Shown here one piece after another: positions 1 through 6,034 of a stretch of 32,000 nucleotides of DNA (position 1 is the stretch's first letter; each line of letters begins with the position of its first letter). The stretch is taken from NCBI RefSeq assembly GCF_000981785.2, contig NZ_CP011304.1, forward strand, positions 1,290,001-1,322,000, read 5' to 3'. A program made the position numbers and the translations under genes. The notes beneath the pieces were generated by a model. That model was not told where the DNA came from. It did no database searches and saw only the letters and a program-made list of their open reading frames with translations. Source of the stretch: Microcystis aeruginosa NIES-2549 (lineage in GTDB: Bacteria; Cyanobacteriota; Cyanobacteriia; Cyanobacteriales; Microcystaceae).

Positions 1-2
1 AT

Positions 3-560
3 TTTCCCTATCTAGACATCTTTTTTGCGGGAACATCGCCCCCCCCGTCAATTTTACAGGCCGATCGAGCTAAAACTAATTCGATCGAGTTTTTTACCTT
101 TTCTAAGTCCTATAATATGGGCGGTTTTCGCATCGGTTTCGCCATTGGCAACCCGCAGTTAATTATGGCTTTGCGACAGATTAAAGCCATGGTTGATTTT
201 AATCAGTATTTGGGCATCCTTAACGGTGCGATCGCTGCTTTAACCGGTAATCAAGATTCGGTCAAGGAAACCGTCGCTATCTTCCAAAAACGTCGGGATG
301 TGTTTATTAATGCCCTAAATCGCATCGGTTGGCCGGTTGCCACTCCGGCCGCCACTATGTACGTTTGGGCGAAAATTCCCCCCAGTTGGCCGGGTAATTC
401 CGTCGATTTTTGTCGGCAATTGGTGGCCCAAACCGGTGTCGCTGTTTCCCCGGGTTCCGGTTTTGGCAAGGGTGGCGAGGGTTATGTGCGTTTTGCCTTA
501 GTTCACGATCCCGATATTCTAGAGGCTGCCGTGGAGAAAATTGGGGCTTTTTTGGGATAA
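3..560 (+). CDS. PLP-dependent aminotransferase (class I/II fold), 3' portion; the 5' end is upstream of the window
   Basis: The frame of track ORF 117..560 stays open back to base 3. My translation is ..FAGTSPPPSILQADRAKTNSIEFFTFSKSYNMGGFRIGF.. This gives the SxSK...G.R PLP-lysine region typical of fold-type I aminotransferases, so ATG 117 is internal. Confidence 0.85.
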   Translation, partial: FPYLDIFFAGTSPPPSILQADRAKTNSIEFFTFSKSYNMGGFRIGFAIGNPQLIMALRQIKAMVDFNQYLGILNGAIAALTGNQDSVKETVAIFQKRRDVFINALNRIGWPVATPAATMYVWAKIPPSWPGNSVDFCRQLVAQTGVAVSPGSGFGKGGEGYVRFALVHDPDILEAAVEKIGAFLG

Positions 561-729
561 AACCGATATTCTCAGCAGTAGTTATGCTGCAATCGATAAC
601 TTTCGCCTTGTTGCTGCTGATATTCCGGGTGATATTGGTAATGTGTCCACTCCCGAACCTTCTAGTATTATCGGACTAGGCATACTAGATGGTGGTTTAG
701 TGGTGCGTCGCCTCGCTAAACGTCGTTAA
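541..729 (+). pseudogene. 3' remnant of a PEP-CTERM protein gene; only the sorting-signal end survives
   Basis: ..AAIDNFRLVAADIPGDIGNVSTPEPSSIIGLGILDGGLVVRRLAKRR shows a PEP motif, a hydrophobic span and a basic tail. Its last ~45 nt plus the following ~185 nt (687..915) are near-identical to 3791..4018. There is no signal peptide or protein body, and the ORF start overlaps the aminotransferase stop. Confidence 0.5.
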
Positions 730-794
730 TCGCGCTTGGGGTGGGGGGATGAGCCAAAATTTTGCCAATTCGCCACCCTTTGCGGTTAAAAGCT

Positions 795-1013
795 TTAATT
801 GTGCTGCTGTCTTTGTAATTGCTCGATAGTTGCGGGGGATAAATCGGTAAATCGGGCGATTTCTGGGATAGGAAAACCAGCAGATAGCATTTTTAGGGCA
901 ATTTGTCGAGCTTTTTCTTCTTTACCCGCTTGCAATCCTTTTTGTAGTCCCTTTTCCTCGCCTTCCTCTCTGCCTTCCTCTAAAATATCTTGATAGATGA
1001 CGGATTCTCTCAT
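795..1013 (-). CDS. Free-standing copy (orphan A, 72 aa) of the Rpn-like C-terminal module: E/K/G-rich linker plus helix-turn-helix-like ..ARQIALKMLSAGFPIPEIARFTDLSP..
   Basis: Track ORF. ATG (rc of 1011..1013) lies 7 nt downstream of GGAG (rc of 1021..1024). The same ~40-nt linker+SD is found inside genes 1036..1827 and 2091..2870. Confidence 0.6.
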   Translation of the reverse strand: MRESVIYQDILEEGREEGEEKGLQKGLQAGKEEKARQIALKMLSAGFPIPEIARFTDLSPATIEQLQRQQHN

Positions 1014-1035
1014 AATGTCACTCCGAAGGATTTTT

Positions 1036-1239
1036 TTAATCGTCTCTCGATTGTAATTCCTCGATAGTTGCGGGGGATAAATCGGTAAATCGGGCGATTT
1101 CTGGGATAGAAAAGCCAGCAGATAGCATTTTTAGGGCAATTTGTCGAGCTTTTTCTTCTTTACCCGCTTGCAAGCCTTTTTTTAGTCCTTTTTCCTCGCC
1201 TTCCTCTAAAATATCTTGATAGATGACGGATTCTCTCAT
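1036..1239 (-). CDS. Putative nested in-frame small ORF (67 aa) equal to the C-terminal module of copy 1
   Basis: Internal ATG (rc 1237..1239) lies 7 nt downstream of GGAG (rc 1247..1250). The identical context precedes the free-standing orphan modules. Confidence 0.3.
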   Translation of the reverse strand: MRESVIYQDILEEGEEKGLKKGLQAGKEEKARQIALKMLSAGFSIPEIARFTDLSPATIEELQSRDD

Positions 1240-1827
1240 AATGTCACTCCGAAGGATTTTTTTAATCGTCTCTCGATTTAATACTAACCCGGCGAGAATA
1301 CTGGTAGCGGCAGCGAGATTGCTTTGCACCTGTTTTTCGGGGATAGTTTCTAAAGAACGGGACACCTGACTTAACACCTGTTCGGGGTCATCGGTATTGC
1401 TGAGGATGGCAAAGGGTAATAAACCGGGATGATGAAAAAATTGTGGTGTATTTTCTTCCCAAAGACGGATGACTTGAAAGGAATGAAAGGTTTCCCCCAG
1501 ACGGAAAGTATTTTCTTGCACTAGGGGGGAATCACTGCGTCGCAGATAAATTACCACTTGACGCATTTGTTTTTGGGGATGACGACGATAGACGCGAATG
1601 CGATAATCGAGCATTCGGAAGGGAATTTTGGAGTCGGGGTCGGTTTGAAACTCGGTATGGAGAATCAATTCCTCTGACTGCAAAAAAATCAGGGAATCGG
1701 CACGAATGGGGTCTAATTGTAATTCCGTCGGGTCGAGGACGGTTAAGGGGAGGGGAGAACCCAATAACCAAGTGGCTAGATCATCGGAGAAGTTTTCGGC
1801 GATAAATTTACAAATATTATCAAACAT
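1036..1827 (-). CDS. Rpn-family (YhgA/Transposase_31-like, PD-(D/E)XK) putative recombination-promoting nuclease, copy 1
   Basis: 263 aa from ATG 1827, equivalent to the start of copy 2. The track's extra 21 aa up to 1890 overlap orphan B and have no counterpart in copy 2. It carries the nuclease-core-like ..RADSLIFLQSEELILHTEFQTD.. and a C-terminal HTH-like module. Confidence 0.8.
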   Translation of the reverse strand: MFDNICKFIAENFSDDLATWLLGSPLPLTVLDPTELQLDPIRADSLIFLQSEELILHTEFQTDPDSKIPFRMLDYRIRVYRRHPQKQMRQVVIYLRRSDSPLVQENTFRLGETFHSFQVIRLWEENTPQFFHHPGLLPFAILSNTDDPEQVLSQVSRSLETIPEKQVQSNLAAATSILAGLVLNRETIKKILRSDIMRESVIYQDILEEGEEKGLKKGLQAGKEEKARQIALKMLSAGFSIPEIARFTDLSPATIEELQSRDD

Positions 1828-2068
1828 CGTGAGCGTTTTGTCTTTGTAATTCCTCGATAGTTGCGGGGGATAAATCGGTAAATCGGGCAATTTCTGGGAT
1901 AGAAAAGCCAGCAGATAGCATTTTTAGGGCAATTTGTCGGGCTTTTTCTTCTTTACCTTCTTGTCGTCCTTCTTGCAGTCCTTCTTGTCGTCCTTCTTGT
2001 CGTCCTTTTTCCTCGCCTTCCTCTCTGCCTTCCTCTAAAATATCTTGATAGATGACGGATTCTCTCAT
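1820..2068 (-). CDS. Free-standing copy (orphan B, 82 aa) of the Rpn-like C-terminal module with an expanded (R/L)QEG linker
   Basis: Track ORF. ATG (rc 2066..2068) is preceded by GGAG (rc 2076..2079). Its stop overlaps the ATG of copy 1 by 8 nt. Confidence 0.6.
   Translation of the reverse strand: MRESVIYQDILEEGREEGEEKGRQEGRQEGLQEGRQEGKEEKARQIALKMLSAGFSIPEIARFTDLSPATIEELQRQNAHDV
1956..2003 (-). repeat. 4 x 12-nt tandem repeat (ccttcttgtcgt / ccttcttgcagt) encoding (R/L)QEG x4 inside orphan B
   Basis: Read directly: 1956..1967, 1968..1979, 1980..1991, 1992..2003. Confidence 0.9.
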
Positions 2069-2090
2069 AATGTCACTCCGAAGAATATTT

Positions 2091-2282
2091 TTAATCGTCT
2101 CTCGATTGTAATTCCTCGATCGCGTCGGGGGATAAATCGGTAAATCGGGCGATTTCTGGGATAGAAAAGCCAGCAGATAGCATTTTCAGGGCAATTTGTC
2201 GAGCTTTTTCTTCTTTACCTTTTTGTAGTCCCTTTTCCTCGCCTTCCTCTAAAATATCTTGATAGATGACGGATTCTCTCAT
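2091..2282 (-). CDS. Putative nested in-frame small ORF (63 aa) equal to the C-terminal module of copy 2
   Basis: Internal ATG (rc 2280..2282) is preceded by GGAG (rc 2290..2293). Confidence 0.3.
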   Translation of the reverse strand: MRESVIYQDILEEGEEKGLQKGKEEKARQIALKMLSAGFSIPEIARFTDLSPDAIEELQSRDD

Positions 2283-2870
2283 AATGTCACTCCGAAGGAT
2301 TTTTTTAATCGTCTCTCGATTTAATACTAACCCGGCGAGAATACTGGTAGCGGCAGCGAGATTGCTTTGCACCTGTTTTTCGGGGATAGTTTCTAAAGAA
2401 CGGGACACCTGACTTAACACCTGTTCGGGGTCATCGGTATTGCTGAGGATGGCAAAGGGTAATAAACCGGGATGATGAAAAAATTGTGGTGTATTTTCTT
2501 CCCAAAGACGGATGACTTGAAAGGAATGAAAGGTTTCCCCCAGACGGAAAGTATTTTCTTGCACTAGGGGGGAATCACTGCGTCGCAGATAAATTACCAC
2601 TTGACGCATTTGTTTTTGGGGATGACGACGATAGACGCGAATGCGATAATCGAGCATTCGGAAGGGAATTTTGGAGTCGGGGTCGGTTTGAAACTCGGTA
2701 TGGAGAATCAATTCCTCTGACTGCAAAAAAATCAGGGAATCGGCACGAATGGGGTCTAATTGTAATTCCGTCGGGTCGAGGACGGTTAAGGGGAGGGGAG
2801 AACCCAATAACCAAGTGGCTAGATCATCGGAGAAGTTTTCGGCGATAAATTTACAAATATTATCAAACAT
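2091..2870 (-). CDS. Rpn-family (YhgA/Transposase_31-like, PD-(D/E)XK) putative recombination-promoting nuclease, copy 2
   Basis: 259-aa track ORF. The N-terminal ~205 aa are identical to copy 1. It differs only in the C-terminal module (GLQKGKEEK vs GLKKGLQAGKEEK; SPDAIE vs SPATIE). Confidence 0.85.
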   Translation of the reverse strand: MFDNICKFIAENFSDDLATWLLGSPLPLTVLDPTELQLDPIRADSLIFLQSEELILHTEFQTDPDSKIPFRMLDYRIRVYRRHPQKQMRQVVIYLRRSDSPLVQENTFRLGETFHSFQVIRLWEENTPQFFHHPGLLPFAILSNTDDPEQVLSQVSRSLETIPEKQVQSNLAAATSILAGLVLNRETIKKILRSDIMRESVIYQDILEEGEEKGLQKGKEEKARQIALKMLSAGFSIPEIARFTDLSPDAIEELQSRDD

Positions 2871-3053
2871 TGTCAGGGATTACTTTCCGTTTCTCCTAGG
2901 ATACCCTCGGTCGCCGGTGTTGACATCCTGTATTCGCCGTAACTGTTGCCGAAGAGAATCGTAGCGCAGAATACATTATAGACAAAATTCAACTTTAATT
3001 ATGGACTAATTGTATAAATATCGGCAAATTTGTCACATATTCCCAGAAATTTC

Positions 3054-3083
3054 TTGACAATTGCTAGAGGAAGGGAGTAGATT
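3054..3083 (+). promoter_or_regulatory. Candidate sigma70-type promoter for the PEP-CTERM gene
   Basis: TTGACA at 3054..3059, an 18-nt spacer, TAGATT at 3078..3083, about 27 nt upstream of ATG 3111. Based on sequence pattern only. Confidence 0.3.
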
Positions 3084-3110
3084 ACAATCACATCAATTTT
3101 ATGAAGCTTT

Positions 3111-3833
3111 ATGTCATTAGAAAAACTTATCAACCATGGGGGGGGGGAGAAGCATAGCTTATCAAAGGCTCTGCTCAAATCCTTTTCCCTAGCCACGGTT
3201 TTTACCACTACCCTTGTGCTGAGTTCGGTATCTTCCGCCGAAGCTTTCACTACTTTCACTAATCGCACCGCTTGGCAAGCTGCCGTCGATGCCATCGCTG
3301 GCAGTGTCACCACCACCGATACTTTTACCAACAACATCGCCTCTGCTCAAACAATAACACTGGATTCGGGCATCGTTTCGGCGAATTCCTTTCCACCCGC
3401 AGTTGCGTATGGGGATAATAGCGTTGGTGGAGGACTTTTCAACAATGCCACTGATGGAGATGCGAGTGGTGCTTCCGCAACTATCACTTGGACTTTTCCC
3501 TCACCTGTGTTTGCCTTCGGAGCGGATTTTAAAGGTACTGCGGCTGGCGGGCTAAACCTAACGGGAAATTTCGATGGTACAGGAAACCAAACTCTGCTTG
3601 TGAATGACAGTATCGGCGGACCAGACGGCTTTCTGGGCATTATTGGTAACGCAAACTTTAGCTCGATCGTCTTTGGGAATAATACAACTTTCTTCGATTC
3701 CTTCCAGATCGATAGCGCTTCTTTTGCCTCTGTTGCCTCTGTTCCCGTCGCAGTTCCTGAACCTGGTATGATCACAGGATTGGTGTTCTTAGGTGGTGGT
3801 TTAGTGGTGCGTCGCCTCGCTAAACGTCGTTAA
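3111..3833 (+). CDS. PEP-CTERM sorting-domain secreted protein
   Basis: Signal-peptide-like KALLKSFSLATVFTTTLVLSSVSSAEA, a G/T/N/S/A/F-rich body, and a C-terminal VPEPGMITGLVFLGGGLVVRRLAKRR (PEP motif, TM span, basic tail). Confidence 0.85.
   Translation: MSLEKLINHGGGEKHSLSKALLKSFSLATVFTTTLVLSSVSSAEAFTTFTNRTAWQAAVDAIAGSVTTTDTFTNNIASAQTITLDSGIVSANSFPPAVAYGDNSVGGGLFNNATDGDASGASATITWTFPSPVFAFGADFKGTAAGGLNLTGNFDGTGNQTLLVNDSIGGPDGFLGIIGNANFSSIVFGNNTTFFDSFQIDSASFASVASVPVAVPEPGMITGLVFLGGGLVVRRLAKRR
3138..3147 (+). repeat. Homopolymeric G10 tract inside codons 10-13 of the PEP-CTERM gene
   Basis: Counted directly: ccatGGGGGGGGGGagaag. Confidence 0.9.
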
Positions 3834-3841
3834 TCGCGCTT

Positions 3842-3890
3842 GGGGTGGGGAGATGAGCCAAATTTTGCCAATTCCCCACCCTTTGCAGTT
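3842..3890 (+). terminator. Candidate terminator hairpin after the PEP-CTERM gene
   Basis: GGGTGGGGA (3843..3851) pairs perfectly with TCCCCACCC (3873..3881) and is followed by TTTGCAGTT. The loop is long (21 nt), so this is tentative. Confidence 0.35.
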
Positions 3891-3897
3891 AAAAGCT

Positions 3898-4098
3898 TTA
3901 ATTGCGCTGCTGTCTTTGTAATTGCTCGATTGCGTCGGGGGATAAATCGGTAAATCGGGCAATTTCTGGGATAGAAAAGCCAGCAGATAGCATTTTTAGG
4001 GCAATTTGTCGAGCTTTTTCCTCTTTGCCTTCCTCTTTGCCTTCCTCTAAAGCTTCTTGATAGACTTTAGTTTCCCTTAAATCACTTAAACTAAACAT
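3898..4098 (-). CDS. Free-standing C-terminal module (orphan C, 66 aa from ATG 4098): MFSLSDLRETKVYQEALEEGKEEGKEEKARQIALKMLSAGFSIPEIARFTDLSPDAIEQLQRQQRN
   Basis: ATG (rc 4096..4098) lies 9 nt downstream of AAGGAG (rc 4108..4113). The frame is open upstream to 4216 but without an ATG. The track ORF 3898..4131 starts at a TTG that is a Leu codon in the homologous gene. Confidence 0.5.
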   Translation of the reverse strand: MFSLSDLRETKVYQEALEEGKEEGKEEKARQIALKMLSAGFSIPEIARFTDLSPDAIEQLQRQQRN

Positions 4099-4216
4099 TT
4101 TTTCAATCTCCTTACGGTTTAATTTGGGCAATTTATAAATGAGAATTGTCTCGATTAATTCCAGAATGTCCTCTCTTTTTAAAGACTCCTGAAATTGTTG
4201 CTTAAATTGTTGAATC
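4040..4216 (-). repeat. 177-bp segment about 97% identical to 4406..4582 inside gene 4231..5052
   Basis: My manual alignment gives a constant offset of 366, 5 mismatches and no indels. Homology stops exactly at the ..EALEEG | C-terminal-module boundary. Confidence 0.9.
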
Positions 4217-4230
4217 TAAGGCTTTTTTCT

Positions 4231-4464
4231 TTAATTTAACCATTGCCGCAAATCTTCTAAATCCGAAAACCCCAACAACGCAAGAGCTAAATTATCCAGT
4301 TGATTAGGATTTAATTGTTTAATTTTTTGTTCTACCTTTAAAGGAATAGAACCGAGTTTTAAGTTTAGCTGACGCAAAATTAGGCTTTTTTTAGCGGATA
4401 ATTCTCCTTCCTCCAAAGCTTCTTGATAGACTTTAGTTTCTCTTAAATCACTTAAACTAAACAT
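4231..4464 (-). CDS. Putative nested in-frame small ORF (77 aa) equal to the C-terminal module of gene 4231..5052
   Basis: Internal ATG (rc 4462..4464) lies 9 nt downstream of a perfect AAGGAG (rc 4474..4479). Confidence 0.3.
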   Translation of the reverse strand: MFSLSDLRETKVYQEALEEGELSAKKSLILRQLNLKLGSIPLKVEQKIKQLNPNQLDNLALALLGFSDLEDLRQWLN

Positions 4465-5052
4465 TTTTTCAATCTCCTTACGGTTTAATTTGGGCAATTT
4501 ATAAATGAGAATTGTCTCGATTAATTCCAGAATGTCCTCTCTTTTTAAAGACTCCTGAAATTGTTGTCTAACTTGTTGAATCAGTTCTTTTCCTTGAGCT
4601 AAGGTATTTTGTTCCGATTCCACAATTAATTGTAACACTTTTACCCCCAGAGAATCCCCCTCATCTAACTGATTCAGATAATAACAGTTAACCCGGCCTG
4701 ACTCAAAGAATTCTTGATAACGAGATTTGGGACTATTTTCAATTTCCCGATGGGGATAAATGATCACCCCTTGCCAATTGTTCTTACTCTCACTTTGATG
4801 AAAATAGAGAAATATTTCACTAAAAAAGCGCGAGTAAAACCGTTCATCTTTTTGAAATTGTACCTCAACAAAGTAAATCGGATCATTGAGGTTATCGGGA
4901 AGAAAAACCCCATCTAAACGAAAAGCGAGTTGTTTAACTTCTAGGGAGGAAAATTGATAATGATTGACGGTTTCTGGGGGAAGATTGAGCAAATCAAAGA
5001 AACTTTCAGGAAAAGTCTCAAAGAGACGATAGAAAATACTGTCCGTTTTCAC
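4231..5052 (-). CDS. Rpn-family PD-(D/E)XK putative nuclease paralogue (MKTDSIFYRLF.. type) with a DUF4351-like C-terminus
   Basis: 273-aa track ORF with ..RLDGVFLPDNLNDPIYFVEVQFQKD.. as a nuclease-core-like motif. The C-terminus ..LILRQLNLKLGSIPLKVEQKIKQLNPNQLDNLALALLGFSDLEDLRQWLN resembles DUF4351. Confidence 0.8.
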   Translation of the reverse strand: MKTDSIFYRLFETFPESFFDLLNLPPETVNHYQFSSLEVKQLAFRLDGVFLPDNLNDPIYFVEVQFQKDERFYSRFFSEIFLYFHQSESKNNWQGVIIYPHREIENSPKSRYQEFFESGRVNCYYLNQLDEGDSLGVKVLQLIVESEQNTLAQGKELIQQVRQQFQESLKREDILELIETILIYKLPKLNRKEIEKMFSLSDLRETKVYQEALEEGELSAKKSLILRQLNLKLGSIPLKVEQKIKQLNPNQLDNLALALLGFSDLEDLRQWLN

Positions 5053-5099
5053 TCAATTTTGTCCCTCATTGACTTGTGGTACTTGTTCAATTTCTCAGT

Positions 5100-5203
5100 C
5101 TAAAGCTTGGGGATAGGAAAGCCAGCAGATAGCATTTTTAGGGCAATTTGTCGAGATTTCTCTTCTTTGCCCTTTTCCTCTCCTTTCTCTAAAATGTCTC
5201 GAT
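5100..5203 (-). pseudogene. Truncated remnant of the HTH-like module, abutting the dapB stop
   Basis: My translation is ..DILEKGEEKGKEEKSRQIALKMLSAGFPIPKL*. It lacks both a start and the distal half of the module. Confidence 0.6.
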
Positions 5204-6034
5204 TTAGAGGATTTTTTCTAAACCGTAAACGAGGGATTGCAGCTGAGTAACTTTGCGGATAGAAAGGAGAACCCCCGGCATATAACAGGAGCGATCGCTG
5301 GTATCGTGACGAAGGGTATAGATTTCTCCAGGAGAACCGAAAATGACTTCCTGGTGAGCAATTAAACCGGGTAAACGCACGCTATGAATACGGATGTTCT
5401 CAGCAGTTAAACCGCCTCTAGCACCGGGGATGGTTTCTTTTTCGGAAACTTGGGCAGGATTAAAGGTTTTACCTAATTCGGCCAGTAATTCGGCGGTTTT
5501 AATGGCTGTGCCACTGGGTGCGTCTGCTTTTTGATTGTGATGCAGTTCGATAATTTCCACATGATCAAAGTAGCGGGATGCTTGCACGGCAGCCTGTTGT
5601 AGTAAAACCATGCCAATGGAAAAATTGGGGATAACTAAACAGCCAGTGCTGGCTTTTTCGGCAAATTCGGCTAAATCTTGCAGTTGTGCCGCCGATAATC
5701 CCGTAGTTCCCACCACGGGACGCACTCCATAGGCGATCGCACTGCGGGTATTGTCATAAACACCGTCGGGATGGGTAAAATCCACCATTACCCCCTGCAC
5801 TTTTTCCTGAGTTGCCAGGACTAAAACACTCTGTAAATCGTCGAGAATCGGCACTTCTAGGGGTTCACAACCGGCCACTTCCCCCACATCCTGACCTCGA
5901 AAAGCTGGATTTCGATCGACTGCACCCACTAAGATCATATCGTCGGCACGAGCAACGGCTTTAATAACTTCCCGTCCCATTTTGCCGGCTGCACCGTTGA
6001 CAACTACGGGAATCGGGCCTCTATTTTCGGTCAT
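5204..6034 (-). CDS. dapB: 4-hydroxy-tetrahydrodipicolinate reductase
   Basis: The N-terminus [14 protein letters not shown] is a Rossmann motif, followed by ..[15 protein letters not shown].. (the DapB signature). AAGGAG lies upstream of the ATG. Confidence 0.95.
   Translation of the reverse strand: MTENRGPIPVVVNGAAGKMGREVIKAVARADDMILVGAVDRNPAFRGQDVGEVAGCEPLEVPILDDLQSVLVLATQEKVQGVMVDFTHPDGVYDNTRSAIAYGVRPVVGTTGLSAAQLQDLAEFAEKASTGCLVIPNFSIGMVLLQQAAVQASRYFDHVEIIELHHNQKADAPSGTAIKTAELLAELGKTFNPAQVSEKETIPGARGGLTAENIRIHSVRLPGLIAHQEVIFGSPGEIYTLRHDTSDRSCYMPGVLLSIRKVTQLQSLVYGLEKIL

Larger units (their letters stand above)
795..2870 (-). repeat. Two-unit tandem duplication; each unit is an Rpn-like gene plus an orphan C-terminal module (period ~1043-1055 bp)
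   Basis: The two genes have identical N-terminal protein sequence. The antisense shadow ORFs 1532..1771 and 2575..2814 are identical at an offset of 1043. Confidence 0.9.

Noticed and set aside
251-679. ORFs 251..469 (-) and 410..679 (+) overlapping the aminotransferase 3' end
   Set aside because: They overlap a well-supported coding frame and carry no recognisable motifs.
1828-1890. 21-aa N-terminal extension of the Rpn-like gene (track ORF 1036..1890)
   Set aside because: The extension lies inside orphan B in another frame and has no counterpart in the otherwise identical copy 2, which starts at the equivalent MFDNICKF ATG.
1532-2814. Identical 79-aa ORFs 1532..1771 and 2575..2814 (same strand as, and nested within, the Rpn-like genes, in an alternative reading frame)
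   Set aside because: They are shadow ORFs inside the duplicated coding sequence with an R/S/P-rich, low-complexity composition. Their identity merely reflects the tandem duplication.
2999-3775. Minus-strand ORFs 2999..3337 and 3347..3775 opposite the PEP-CTERM gene
   Set aside because: They are antisense shadows. The first also spans the AT-rich promoter region. The plus-strand frame has a signal peptide and a PEP-CTERM signal, which explains the open frames.
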